Shown here in pieces: positions 26,600-40,358 of a stretch of DNA of 64,000 nucleotides. Every line of letters starts with the position of its first letter. Positions within the stretch are counted from its first letter, which is position 1. This DNA comes from Mobula hypostoma (lineage: Eukaryota). Made by a program: the position numbers and the translations under genes. Location of the stretch: assembly GCF_963921235.1 (NCBI RefSeq), contig NC_086097.1, positions 235,354,001 to 235,418,000 of the forward strand. Direction: 5' to 3'. The notes beneath the pieces were generated by a model, which made no database searches, had not been told where the DNA came from, and saw nothing but the letters and a program-made list of their open reading frames with translations.

Positions 26600-27530
26600 G
26601 CAGTGGGTTTGGAGTGGTGACAAGGAGGTACGTCATCGGGGTCATCAGGTGTGCACCCTCCTTCTTTGACGTTTCATTGATAAGCCCACAACGTCTCCAG
26701 AGGGCTCAACGGTGCTACCTGGTATCCCAGATACACCCTCCTCAGATCTATACCCTCCTGTCTTCATCTTGCAGCCCAGTTGTTGTCTTTCCTTTTAATC
26801 CAATTCCAATTACTGCTTCCTTCTGCTGCGTTTGACAGGAACCTGATTGCTTGTTGGAGTGAATAACCCCTCATCCCCATCTTCTTCAATAGACTAGTCG
26901 TAGATGTAGCCACAAATCCCCTGCACCCCATTTCTACAGGGAAAATCTTGGTCTTCCAGCTTCACTTGCCAGTTCAGAGTACTTGGTCTTTTTCCTCTCA
27001 TAAGCTTCTTCAACACCAATTTCCCATGGTACTGTCAATTCCACAACGTATGCCAGCTTTGCTGTTGTGGACAACAGGACCATGTCTGGCCGGAGTGTTG
27101 TAGCCGCAATGTCTGGGGGAAACACAAGTCCACGTCCATGCAACAAGAGCCGCACACCAATACACTGCTTTGACAGGCAAGCTAAACCAGGTGATGGTAG
27201 CTGGCAGGACTCATACACCGAATAGATAGGGGTCTGTTTGTCCTAACATGAGAAGACAGCTCCGGCAGAGATCAGCAGTCAGATCCAATGGCCATGGTTC
27301 TGCTACACTTTATGGAGAATGAAAGGCATGGCAAGGCACAGGGGATGTGGTGGAAACTACTGCAAACAAGGAAGACCCCAGTTTGTGACAACTACTCATA
27401 CCACTGGACTCCAACTTCCAAGGTCAAGAGACTGGAATTACACCACTGCAATAGCTTTTCCACTTAAAAAAACTCTTCCACAGGTCTCCTGTCATCACTG
27501 GATACGATGGACAACCAACAAGATGGTAAG
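26600..27530 (-). mobile_element. Internally deleted Hero-type (R2-group) non-LTR retrotransposon
   Basis: TTLRPDMVL...VELTVPWE...EAYERK..KY and VEMGCRGFVA restriction-like endonuclease motifs. Confidence 0.8.
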
Positions 27531-27609
27531 AAGCATAGATTGAGTCGATAGCCAGAGACTCTTTCCCAGGGCAGAAGTAGCTAATAACAGGGGGGCATAA
27601 TTTTAAGGT

Positions 27610-27920
27610 CTTCTCTGAGGATTGTCACATTGTTGTGCTAGAGAGGCTTGTGAGTCATGAGATCTTGAGAATGATGCCATCTCGAGTTTAGCCCTCTGGA
27701 GCTTAGCTCCTGGTAGGGTCACCCATGACAGTCCGGTCAATAGGGAGGTTCCAGACAAAGAACGATCCAACCAAGACCTCAGCAGTAGAGCTGACAGAAG
27801 ATGATGACACATTACAATGGCAGTGAAGGTGGAGAAAAGCCCCCAGTCACCTTGCACTCCATGTCACCGGACCCGGAGCCCAATCTGTCTAGGACTGTGT
27901 GGTGGCTGCCCATGCATCAG
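27610..27920 (+). mobile_element. Non-autonomous RTE-like fragment nested in a CR1 3' remnant (27530-28340)
   Basis: ctcctggtagggtcacccatg RTE-like 5' motif; related to 47300-47485. Confidence 0.55.
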
Positions 27921-28633
27921 CGTCCCTTTTTTAAACACATTCACATAGACATTCTCCATCAAGTGAATAAATATGTGGATCCCAATCAGCTTCTACAGCC
28001 ACCTGATGACCCATCAATGGACAACTCCTGAGGAGAACATCATACTTCACTCAAGAGAGCACACTACTAATAAATTTAAAGAGTTTGGAGGAAGATATGG
28101 AGGATGTCGGAAGTATGATTTTACACAGAGTATGGTACATGCTGAGAGGAATGGTGTTAGAGGCAAATACATTAGAAACATTTAAGGAATTAGATAGGTA
28201 CAAAGTTGATAGAAAAATGGAGAACTGTAGGAGGGAAGAGTTAGATTGATTTTAGAGTAGGTTAAAGCGTTGGCATAAGATCATGTGCTGGAGGGTCTAT
28301 ACAGTCCTGTAGTGCTCTATGTCAATGTCTCATGTTCTACTTGCAGAACCCCAGTGAGCAATCTTTGCATTGAGAGCACCAGGTTTATTGTCACTGAGAT
28401 ATGTCATGACATTTGTTGTTTTGCAGCAGCTGTGCAGCGCAAGACATGAAAGTGACTTGAAGTTACAAAAAGAAGTTGGAAAGAAGAATAACTTGGTTGT
28501 GTTCTTGGATTCATAGGTTGTTCAGAAAAGTGATAGTGAGAGGGGAAAAAGCTGTTCCTAAATTATTTAGGCCCCTGTACCTCCTCCTTAATAGTAGCAA
28601 ATCCACTATATCTTGCATGGATGATAGTGTAGC

Positions 28634-29465
28634 TGTGACGAAAGACCAAGTTATCAGAAGATTGATGCTGATGAGAGAGATAAGAGAGACAAAGAGAGAA
28701 GCGTTCAAAATGTTAATGAGAGAGAAGAGAGATTAACGAAAAGAGACACAGTTCCGAGTATTGACAGACAGGTTGCTTTGAACCTGAACTGTTTGAAGTT
28801 TGATGGACAGGTGATACCCAGCAGGGGGATAAAAGGAACAGGTTCACTAAGGCACAACAGACACCACGAGATCAGGAGATAACAAGACCCTGGAAGTGCG
28901 GTGTGCTCCCACAAGTTCGTGGGAGTTTGGAGGTCTGGTCGCAGGACCGACCATAGACGCACAGGGTGAAAAGGTACGATCGGCGGGAACCAGGTGTGTG
29001 TGTCTGCCCTTGCCTGGGTGCCGGGTTCACCGCGGAAGAACGATCGTATCCGTAACGGAGGGGTCACAGTTGGTGACCTCAGAAGACAGAAAAAGGGCTC
29101 ACCCGGAAGCTAACTGCGAGGAATATCAAAGGTTTGTTTGAATCAGAAATTTGCATATTCGCTCTCTCTCTCTCTCCAACGGCATAACAGCGATTACTGC
29201 GAACTGTACTCAGCTGAACTGAACTCTGCGTCACTTGAGACTGATCATTTTACCCCTAGGCTGCGATAGAGCTTGATTGATTCCTATTATCCTAGTTCTG
29301 TGTACATGTGTTTTACCATTGCTAACCTGTTGTATTTATATCCTTACGATTAGAGTACTGTGTTACTTATTTCTTTAATAAAACTTTCTTAGTTCCAGTA
29401 ATCCAGACTCCAACTAAGTGGTCCATTTCTGCTGGTTTGGCAACCCAGTTACGGGGTACGTAACA
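28634..29465 (+). mobile_element. Solo LTR, 832 bp
   Basis: tgtgacg...cgtaaca termini; 4-bp TSD tagc on both sides; TATA-like gataaaa near 28828; AATAAA near 29377; many CpGs retained. Confidence 0.9.
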
Positions 29466-30619
29466 TAGCTAACACGGAGGACGTCTACAAAGGTTGATAA
29501 GTGGATGGATAATTTCTATACATCCACTTGATCCAGGTTTTCCTGTAATGCAGCTGTAAATCTGCTGGTTGTCTGAATCATTGGATGGAGAAGCCATCTG
29601 GCAAGGCCTGTCCTTGGCATTTTGAAAATTGTATTGAAGTTACAGTACCTTGATTTTCACTTTCAGTCGGTGGTGAAAGTAATTACTGATCGAGCATAAT
29701 AAGGCAGCTGCCCTTTTCTGCTGGGAATTTTGAAAGAGAAACCCAGTCAATTAATAAGAGGAAGAATGGCAGGGTAGGTGTAATAATGTACTGTTTCAAT
29801 TCTGAGTATGCGATAATGCATTTCCACATAATAATGGGAAGTAAATTAGGAAATCAGGTCCTTGGATTTCCATTGAAATAGAATGCTGAACATTGTGGGA
29901 ATATTGAAAGAGGCCATAAAAATAGAAAACAATCAAACTTAGAACTTCACTATTGTATAGCCTGTGCAACTCAAAGTTAGATGCTTGATACCTGAAGCAA
30001 GAAATCATTTTTGGGGAACCTCATGCATGTATCAGAGACTGAGAGAAGGAACCGAAAACATCAGTTCTCCCTCTGCTTATCTGACCTGTTTTGTTCCAGT
30101 TTGGTTTTGTGCTTTTACTCCAGCATTTGCATTATCTTGTGTGTTCTATATACATGATCGTTTCCCTTCTGCTTGATATTAAAATTTGACTCTATTGCCT
30201 GTTGTAAAAGGGAATTTAACCTCACTTGTTTGTTTTTTCATTGACTTTCAGTGCCTGTATAGAATCCTAGGTAATTTCAAATGTGGGTATTGATATCACT
30301 AGTTTCCTGTGGGAGAAATTTGCTTCTAGCTTTTCAGATGAAAAATGGATTATTTGGTCGGGTGAAGAAAAGCAATAAAAAGGTGTCCACCTATCAATTG
30401 GAATTTGCTGTGAACATGTGTTCATGAAATGAAAATTTCACACAACTGCTTCCTCTGTTTTTGCACCTATTTTTTCTCTCTTTATCGTTTGTAAAAATCT
30501 TGACTGGGATACAGTTTCTTCTGAAACTCGGAAGTAAGTGTGAGGAAGCTGTATAACTAATGTAACACAAACAAATTATGTTTTACTTGTCTTTTCTTCA
30601 TCCACCTCCATGCTTAGTT

Positions 30620-31310
30620 TAATATGTGTGACAAAGCATGGCAGCACCTCTCCTTCTTCAGGAGTTTGCAGAGATTTGGTATCACATCTAAAGCTTTGAC
30701 AAACTTCTACATGTGTGTAGTGGAGAGTATATTGACTGACTTCATCACAGCCAATACCTTTGAGAGGAAAATCCTACAAAAAGTAGAGGATTCGGCACAG
30801 TACGTCATAGGTAAAGCCCTCCCAACCATTGAGCACATCTACATGAAACACTGTGGTAGGAAAGCAGCATGCATCATCAGAGATCCCACCACCCAGGTCA
30901 TGGTCTCTTCTCGCGCTACCATCAGGTAGAAGGTACAAAGCCTCAAGATCTGCATCACCAAGTTCAAGGACAGTTACTACCCCTCAAACATCAGGTTCTT
31001 GAGTAAAGGAGTAGCTACACTCAACTTCATTTGTCCTATCATTGAAATGTTCTCTCAACCAATGATCTCATTTTCAAGGACTCTTTATCTCATTATCTCG
31101 TGTGCTCATTAGTTATTGCAATTTATTTTTATTTGCATTTTCACAGTTTGTTACCTTCTGCACTCTGGTTGACCTTTCATTGATCCTGTTATAGTTGCTA
31201 TTCTATATATTTGCAGAGTATGTCCACAAGGAGATGAATCTCAGGGACATATAAGGTCATATATTCAGTATATACATTATAATTAAATACTGCTTTGAAC
31301 TTTGAACTTT
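30620..31310 (+). mobile_element. Rex1/Babar-type LINE 3' fragment
   Basis: LTNFY.CVVESILT motif in ORF 30624..30929; ctttgaa tail. Confidence 0.8.
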
Positions 31311-31949
31311 TGAACTTGTACTGCTGAATGTGACTTCAAATCCAAGAAATGGACAGTAAATTGAAAAATGAGACAGGGATAGGTACTTGAACATGTCTAT
31401 AGTTTATTTCAGCTCTGTAAGTATACTTCCTATATGAACATGCCAAATATCATATGTTTGCATACACTTTTTCTATTCCCTACCTGAAAATAATGAGGAC
31501 TTTAAACCGATATATGTAGATTTACAGACTTAAATTATTCACAGGTTTATAAGTCTATTGGTCTTCTGCAAGGAACATGTGCTATGAACATTGTTTGCAC
31601 TTCTTCACTTCAGAAGGATATTATTTTGAACTCTTTCAGTAGACTCTTACATTATAGAAAGCATAAGATGGTAAGACATAGGAGGCAGAATTGGCCCATT
31701 CAGCCTTTTGAGTATATTCCATCATGTAAACATGGCTGATCTATTATCCCTCCTAATCTCATGCCTCCTAACTTTTCCACACTTCAAAAGACCAACTTTT
31801 ATAAACACACTCACTCTTCAATATCCCCCTGAATATTCTTCACATGATTAGCAATCTAAATGGGTGAGGGAATAAAAGGCCATGGTCAGGAGGTATAATG
31901 TTAATAAAGAAAACATCAATATAAACTGGATCCTTACGGTTGTTATAGA

Positions 31950-32290
31950 CAGGGGTGTTAGTGAGGATACGCTCATAACCTATTAAATGCTCCCAATGGC
32001 ATGCATCTCAAATAGCCTCTAATAAGCAAGTTCAGCTCCTGGCCTTCACGTGTGGCTTAGCTACTAAACCGAGTGGAACATTTCTACTGACAGGAGAAGC
32101 AGCAAAGGAGGGTTACTGTGCCTTAAAACCAGTCACTTCAGGCAGATAGGGCTTGCCAACCATGGCTGGTTGCTCTTCTAGGAGAAGGAAAAATCTGACC
32201 TCAAATCCCCACATACCTACTCATGGGGAAGGCTTCGGGAGTAAACCTCAAGAAAAACTCCGGAGCTGGAGAGCCTAAAGCAGAGCTATG
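31950..32290 (+). mobile_element. Retroposon fragment of the 12925 family
   Basis: Homology to 12925-13300. Confidence 0.65.
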
Positions 32291-32309
32291 GTAGGAAGAT
32301 ATGATCGTA

Positions 32310-34800
32310 AGACTATAAGATATTGGAGCAAAATTAACCTCAGTCTTAAATATACGTACAGACTTGGCCTACACAGTTACCTGAGGCAACAAATTCCACA
32401 GATTCACCACTCTGGCTAAAGAAATTCCTCCTCATCTCTGTTCTAAAAGGACGCCTCTCTATTCTGAGGCTGTGTCCTCTGGTCTTAGACTCTTCCACTA
32501 TACGAGACATCCTCTCCACATCCACTCTGTCAAGGCCTTTCATCATTTGATTAAGTTTCAATGGGGTCATCCCTCATTCTTCTGAATTCTTGTGAATCCA
32601 GGCCGAGAGCCATCACACACTCTTCATGTGACAAGCCGATCAAGCCTGGAATCATTTTCATGAACCTTTTTTGAACCCTCTAAAGGCACAGGTGAGGCCA
32701 CATCTTGAGTATTGTGAACAATTTTGGGCTCCTCATCTATGAAAAGATGTGCTGGCATTGGAGAGGCTTCAGAGGAGGTTCACAAGTATGATTCTGGGAA
32801 ACAAAGGGTTATCATACAAGGAACATTTGATAGCTCTGGGTCTGTACTCGCTGGAGTTTAAAAGGATGTGGGGGGGGAATCTCATTGAATCTTTTGGGGG
32901 GAGTCTAGGACAAAAGGTCACAGCCTCAGGATAGAGGGGCATCCATTTAATTAGAGATGAAGAGAAATTTCTTTAGCCAAAGGGTGGTGAATCTGCGGAA
33001 TTTTGTACAGGCAGCTGTGGAGGCCAGGTCGTTGGGTGTATTTAAGGCAGAGATTGATAGGTTCGTGATTGGACATGACATGAGAAGTTACGGGGAGAAG
33101 GCTGGGGAGTGGGGCTGAGGAGGGGAAATAAAGAATAAGCCATGAATGAATGGTGGAGCAGACTTGATGGGCCAAATTCTGCTCCTATGTCTTATGGTCT
33201 TTTGGTCTCTGTAGTTTCAACACATACTTTCTAAGATAAGGGGCCTAAAACTGCACACAATGCTCCAAGTGAGACCTCTTAGCTTTGTAAAGTTTCAACT
33301 TCATAAAGTTTCAACATTACATCCTTACTTTTAAATTCTAGTCCTCTTGAAATGAATGCTAGCATCACATCTGCCTTTCTCACCACTGACTCAACCTGCA
33401 AATTAACTTTAGGGAATTCGACACATGGACTCCTAAGAACATTTGTTTTTCAGTTTTTTGTATTTTTTTCTCTATTTAGAAAAAAAATCAACCCTTTCAT
33501 TTCTTCTACCAAAGTGCATAACCATACACTTCCCAGCACTGTATTTCATCTACCACTTTTTTGCCCATTCTCTTAATCTGTTTATGTCCTTCTGGCGCCT
33601 ATCTAAGCAGAAAAGGCTCCCTTTATTCCGACTCATTTCCTCCTGCCATCAGCCACTTTCATCTATGCTAGACTCTTCCTTATAATACCAAGGACTCATA
33701 GCTTGTTAAGCAGCCTCATGTGTGGTACCTTGCCAAAGGCTTTCTGAAATTCCAAGTACACAACATCAACCAATTCTCTTTTGTATATCATGCTTGTTAT
33801 TTGTTCAAAGAATTCTAACAGATTTGTCAGGCAAAATTTTCCCTTGAGGAAAGCATGCTGACTATGGCTTATTTTATCATGTGGCTGCCTGTATTCCAAA
33901 ATCACATTCTTAACAATTGACTGCAGCACTTTCTAAATCACTGGTGTCACATTAACTGGCCTTAATATTCCTGTCTTCTGCCTCTCTCGCTTCTTGAAGA
34001 GTGGAGTGACATTTGCAATTTTCCAGTCTTCTGAAACCATTCCAGAATCTGGTGATTCTTGAAAGGTCATTACTGACACCTCCACAATCTCCTCAGCCAC
34101 CTCTTTCAGAACCCTGGGGTGTACACTATCTGGTCTACGTGATTTATCTACCTTCAGATCTTTCCATTTCCCAGGAACTTTCTCTCTAGTTACGGTAACT
34201 TCACACCCTGACACCTGGAATTTTGCTCATACTGGGAATGTCTTCCACAGTGAAAACTGATACAAAATACTTATTCAGTCCATCCACCATTTCCTTGTCC
34301 CCCATTACAACCTCTCCAGCACCATTTTCCAGCAGGCCTGTATCCACTCTTGTCTCTCTTTTACACTTTGTGTATTTGAAGAAACTTTTGGTTTTCTTAA
34401 TATTATTGGCTAGATTATTTTCCTATTCCATCCTTACCTTCTTCGTGACTTTTTTAGTTGCCTTCTATTGGTTTTTAAAAGCTTCCCAATCCTCTAACTT
34501 CCCACTAATTTTTGCTCTATTATATGCCCTCTCTTTGGCTTTTATGTCGGCTTTGACTTCTTTTGTTAGTCACAGTTGTGCCATCTTTCCTTTCGAATAC
34601 TTCTTCCTCTTTGTGATGTACATATCCTGTGTCTTTAGAATTGCTTCCAGAAATTCCAGCCATTGCTGCTCTGCCTTCTTCACTGCCACTATTCTTTTCC
34701 AATAATTTTTAGCCTCCCTCATGCCTCTCAAATTCCCCCTACACCACTCTAATACTGATACATCTGACTTTATCTCCTCTTCCTCAAAATTCAGGTTCAA
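32310..34800 (-). mobile_element. CR1 ORF2 fragment with a nested plus-strand CR1 3' end (~32690-33205)
   Basis: WKIANVTPLFKK, CLTNLLEFF and VDVVYLEFQKAF motifs. Confidence 0.85.
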
Positions 34801-35059
34801 TTCAATGCTGACTCTTAGGTAGCAACTCCTGCAATGCAACTGGTGCCAAACTGCATGAGTCTCTGCCATTCCTTTGGATACATCTGCTGCATGGAGAGGG
34901 GGAGCCTGCTACTTGGGAACAGCTTGCTCTCCACATTGTACTGCCTGAGCTTGCGTAACACATAGACAGCTGAGACACAATTTCGACCAATGATGGGCCT
35001 CCCATTATAAACTCAGAATTACTCCAACATTACTCCATGATGCTCTGCTAAAGAAATAA

Positions 35060-35520
35060 GAAGTCAAGGCGAGTTTATTGTCATTTAACTATATCCATGG
35101 ATACCGCCAAACGAGACAACATTTCTCCAGACTATGGTGTAAAGCACAGTTGTACACATAACATAAAATAACTCAGGAAAGTAAGAATTAAATCTACAAA
35201 TGAATTACACATAGATAAACAAAATAAAATGCATAATATAGTTGTTGTAAGGTACAGTACAAATTATCCAGTGACGCATCAAACGCGATGCGGCACGGAA
35301 TTCAGAAGCCTAATTGCCTGAGGGAAGAAGTTGTTTCCCATCCCGACTGTTGTTGTCTTGATGCATCAGACTCCCGTGCATGATGGTAGAATGTCAAAGA
35401 AGATGCTGGATGGATGGGTGGGATCTTTGATAATACTAAGGACCCTGTGTACACAGTGCTCCTGATAAATGTCCCCAGTGGATGGTAGGGAGACCCCTAT
35501 GATCCTCTCAGCCCTTCTGA
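35060..35520 (-). mobile_element. Rex/L2-type LINE fragment
   Basis: Family 3'-end similarity. Confidence 0.55.
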
Positions 35521-35864
35521 CTAGGTTTTAAAATGACAAGCTAAAGCTGATTAAATAATTATCCTGTCTTCAAAGAGCTTGCTGTCTGATCACAGTGGGA
35601 AGTAACTCAGCATGTCATTGGGAAATTAGCAAAACAATTATAGGTTTGTCTACAGTAAACATATATGTATGTTGATATATTTATTAAATACTGGGAGAGA
35701 GCAATTTTAACATAACTATGAAGTATTCTGGTGTGGATGTGTCAAATGCTTTGCAATTATAATAACACACATTTAATGTTATCCTCAATTCAACAAGATG
35801 CCTTTCACATGATTTAAGGCATCATTCCCTATACACCGTTTCTGAATGTCTGGTAGCTTTGATC

Positions 35865-36225
35865 ATGGAATGATTGTTGTTGTGGGTCACTTGATTATTT
35901 CAGAAACTGCTGATCTCCTGGGATTTTCGTACACAACACTCTCTAGAGTTTACTGAGAATGGTGCGACAACAAAAAAAATCCACTGAGCAGCAGTTATGT
36001 GGGTGAGAAAATGCCTTGTTAATGAGAGAGATCAGAGTTGAATGACCAAACTGGTTCAAGGTGACAATAACTCAAATAACCACACATTACAACAGTGGTG
36101 TGCAGAAGAGCATCTCTGAATGCAAAACACATTGAAACTTAAATTGGATGGTCTACAGCAGCAGAAAACCACAGTGGCTACTATATTAAGAAAGGGTGTA
36201 CCTAATAAAGTGGCCACTGATTGTG
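35865..36225 (+). mobile_element. Tc1-like non-autonomous element fragment
   Basis: Ends gtacctaataaagtggccactga; homologous to 43600-44380. Confidence 0.7.
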
Positions 36226-36597
36226 CGTTTATAGTTTATCAGCGGTTCTGGGTGTGGCATTGCTCTGTAGCTTAGTGAAAGGTTTGATAATCAGTGCCCC
36301 ATTGTTAAAAGTGAGCATCTTCTTTCTTCAATGTCTCCCTTAAAATTTGTCATCAATGTATACTGATTGGCTGCATTTTCTTCTTAAACAGCATCCATTA
36401 CAGATTTGATTACCATGTACAATCCATAATTTGAAGCATTGCTCAAAAGTTTGTATAATATTGTTCTCAGAATTGTTTTACATGAATAATATATCTTCAA
36501 TTTTGTATCACCAAATTCCACTTTGCTTTTTTTTTCTACACTACTCATATATGAATATGAGTACAAATTTAAATCCCAGCAAAATATCTTCCATCAG

Positions 36598-37072
36598 GTC
36601 ATAGAGTCATAGAAAAGTACAGCACAGAAGCCGGCTCTTTGTTCCATTTAGCCCATGTTGAACCATTTAAACTGCCTATTCCCATTGACCTGCACTCGGA
36701 TCAGAGCCCTCCAGACAACTACCATGCATGTACCTATCCAAACTCTGTACAAACATTGAAGTCGAGCTTGCACACACCACTTGAGCTGACAGCTCATTCC
36801 ACACTCTCACAACACTCAGTGAAGTTTCCCCTCATGTTCCCCTTAAACTTTTCAACTTTTACCCTTAATCCATATCCTTCACCCAACCTCAGTGTAAAAA
36901 GCATGCTTGCACTTATAACCTTCATAATTTTGTATACCTTATCTTCCACGTTCCAAGAAATAAAGTCCGAACTGATTCAATATTTCCTTGCAACTCTGAT
37001 CCTCCAGTTCCAGCAAATTCCTTTGTAAATTGTCTCTGTACTCTTTCAACCTTATTTACCTCTTTCTTGTAA
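36598..37072 (-). mobile_element. CR1 3' fragment
   Basis: catagagt tail repeats; VERVQRQFT. Confidence 0.75.
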
Positions 37073-37664
37073 CTAAGGTTCATTTTCTTGGACTTTATAT
37101 TGTCAAGAAAAAAACTAAATTCTGCAATGCCATCAGGTTTTTTTGTCTCTACAGGTGCCTGCACCTCAAGATTGAAAACTTCCCTCTGTGTGGATAAAAA
37201 CATATTAACGAGAGAACAAAACAACTTGGACTTGAACCCTATACCTTCTTACTGTAAAATCTTTCTTCCTATATAGAAAGCACACTGCTGGTTAAGTCCT
37301 CCTAAGTTCTTGGCTGTCTTGATGTTCCTTTTTCCTGAAGTTAAGAAAGTCAATTGACTTAAATTGGCCTATTTATAATATTATAATATTTGCTTCTTTA
37401 CCAATATTATATTTATAATATTGGCTTCTAGTACCAGGAACTGATATCAGCTTTTAGTTCTGCTTTAAGAGCTCTCACCTTTGCAAAATCCCCTGACTAT
37501 AATCTTCAGTCATTTTGCATGCATTGGATGAACTTCTTTATCAATTTAAATGCCATTTTGATAGACTGATATCTTACTCAGCTTAAATGCAAGATTTCAT
37601 GTCTTTAATAATTGAATTTACTCATCAATTAACTCACAAATAACATGTTATGAAGCAAAAGTGT

Positions 37665-38110
37665 TGACAGGGTTCAGAAGAGGTTCACGAGAATGATTCC
37701 GGGAATGAAAGCGTTCATGGCTCTGGGCCTGTACTCAGTGGAATTTAGAAGAATGAGGTGGTACCTCACTGAATCCTGTCGACTGTTAAAAGGCCTTGAT
37801 AGAGTGGATGGGGAGAGGATGCGTCCTATATTAGGGGAGTCTGGGAGTAGAGGACACAGCTCGGAATTGAGGAGGAATTTCTTTAGTCAGGAAGTGGTGA
37901 ATCTGAGGAATTTATTGCCATAGGCAACTATGGAGGCCAGGTCACTGGGTGCATTTAAGGCAGAGGTTGATGGGTTCTTGATGAATTAGGGAGTGAAAGC
38001 CTATGAGGAGAAAGCAGCAGAATGGAGTTAAGAGGGAAATGGAAGAGCCGTAATGGAGCAGATTTGATGGGCCAAATAGTCTAATTTTGTTCCTGAGTCT
38101 TATGGTCTAA
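37665..38110 (+). mobile_element. CR1 3' fragment
   Basis: ORF 37693..37923; cttatggtc tail. Confidence 0.8.
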
Positions 38111-38180
38111 TAAAGTCAAAGAAGAGCTGAAGCTGTAATGTTAAGATTGCTACTTCAGTAAGACAATGTACTCACTGATA

Positions 38181-38808
38181 GAATCAGAATCAGAATCAGG
38201 TTTATTATCACTGGCATGTGTTGTGAAATTTGTTAACAGCAGCAGCAGTTCAATGTAATACATAATATAGAAGAAAAAACAAAATAAAATAATAATAATA
38301 AATTAATTAATTACAGAATACATATATTGAATAGATTAAAAATTGGGCAAAAAACAAATAATATATATTTAAAAAGTGAGGTAGTGTCCAAGGTTTTCAA
38401 TGTCCATTTAGGAATTAGATGGCAGAGGGGAAGAAGCTGTTCCTGAATCGCTGAGTGTGTGCTTTCAGGCTTCTGTACCTCCTACCTGATGATAACAGTG
38501 AGAAAAGGGCATGTCCTGGGTGCTGGAGGTCCTTAATAATGGACGCTGCCTTTCTAAAACACCACACCCTAAAGATGTCCTTGGTATTTTGTAGGCTAGT
38601 ACTCAAGATGGAGCCGACTTAATTTATAATCTTCTGCAGCCTCTTTTGGTCCTGTGCAGTATTCCCCCACCCCCAACCCCCCCACACCAGACAGTGATGC
38701 AGCCTGTCAGAATGCTCCTCATGGTACATCTATAGAAGTTTTTGAGTGTATTTGTTGACATACCAAGTCTCTTCAGACTCCTAATGAAGCATAACTGCTG
38801 TTTTGCCT
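38181..38808 (-). mobile_element. Rex/L2-type LINE 3' fragment
   Basis: KAASIIKD..HPGHALFSLL.SGRRYRSL; agaatc tandem tail. Confidence 0.8.
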
Positions 38809-39134
38809 AACTTCCCATTCTTGGTAGAGATTTGTAGCTCTCCACATCTTATAATAGTGTAAGACTGAAATGAACTCCTAACTGTTATACTATTTTATCA
38901 CAGAAAATAATCTTTCCATCTTGTGGCCATTTAAAGATAAACTAACAGAGCATATGTATCAGAGTCTATGCCAGATAGAGAATGGCTTTCTTGCATTCCT
39001 ATATGTTATCATTTTGGTCAGGAACAATTCCACTATGTTATTCGCTGTAAATGAACACATGTCCATCCCTAATAACGTGATCTGCAAGCTCACACAAGGG
39101 TTTCAATGAAATTAGCTCAAGGCTGAGCAATCAT

Positions 39135-39700
39135 CAAAGTCAATTTGTTATTAAAATATGTATATGTCAACATATACTACCTTGAGATATATTTTCTTGC
39201 AGGTGCAGGTATTTACTGGAAAATAAAGAAATACAATAAAATATGAAAAACTATACATAAATAAAGACTGACAACCAAAGTACAAAAGAATACAAATTGA
39301 GCAAATAAAAAATGTATGTATGCTGTAAATAAATAACACTGAGAACCTGAGCTGCAGAGTCCTTGAAAGTGAGTTTGTAGGTTGTGGGATCAGTTTAGAT
39401 TTGAGGTGAACAAAGTTATCTAAGCTGGTTCATGAGCCTGATAGTTGTAGGGTAATCATAGTTCCTGAACCTGGTGGTGTGGAACCCAAGACTCCTGTAC
39501 CTCCTACCTCATGGTAGTAGGAAGAAGAGAGCATAGCTTGGAAGGTTGAGGCCCTTGATGATGGATTTTTTTGTGACAGCACTCCTTGTAGATGTCCTCA
39601 ATGGTGGGGAGGGCTTGCCTGTGATGAACTGGGCTGTATCCACCACTTTCTGAAGATTTTTCCATTCCTGGGCATTGGTGTTTCCATACCAGCCCGTGAT
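39135..39700 (-). mobile_element. Rex/L2-type LINE 3' fragment
   Basis: ALPTIEDIYK motif. Confidence 0.7.
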
Positions 39701-40358
39701 ACATAATTTTACGTCACAGTCCTACGTACTTACTCAAGAACTATCATTCTACTGTGCTTGTGCCTTTTTATTGAATTATCATTGTCTCTTACATGGCACT
39801 GTTAAGATTTTATTTAAACAGCTGGCCATGGTCTATCCATATTCACCTCATGCTCACCAACAAACTCAGACTGTGATCTATTTGTTGAGCTCCTTTCTTC
39901 CCTTCCACTTTGTGAATTATCCGGTGCTCCAGTGCTAGCCGAAGCACACCGGAGCACGTCCGGCACATCTTTAAGAAAAAAAGGTGAAATAAACAAGCTA
40001 ATTAATGAGGTGCCACCCAGAGTGATTTGAGTGTCTCAGAAACTGCTGATCTCCTGGGATTTTTACGCACAACAGGCTCTGGAGTTTACAAAGAATGGTG
40101 CCAAGAACAAAAAAACACCCAGTGGGTGGATTTAACAAAATGTTTTCGCTCACAGAACAGCCACTCGCTGGATGCTTTTTTGTTTTTGGCACCATTCTTT
40201 GTAAACGCTAGAGTATATGTTGTGTGTAAAAATCCCAGGAGATCAGCAGTTTCTGAGATACTCAAATCATCCTGGGTGGCACCTAATTAATTAACGCAAC
40301 ATACATCAAAGTTGCTGGTGAACGCAGCAGGCCAAGCAGCATCTATAGGAAGGGGCGC

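Noticed and set aside
29480..30620. Unique region with a possible splice acceptor (ttttcactttcag near 29666)
   Set aside because: Stops follow soon after and I recognise no peptide, so no exon can be supported without transcript data.
37420..37460. LISVPGTRS resembling a DNA transposase motif
   Set aside because: Short and isolated, with no TIRs or other transposase motifs nearby.
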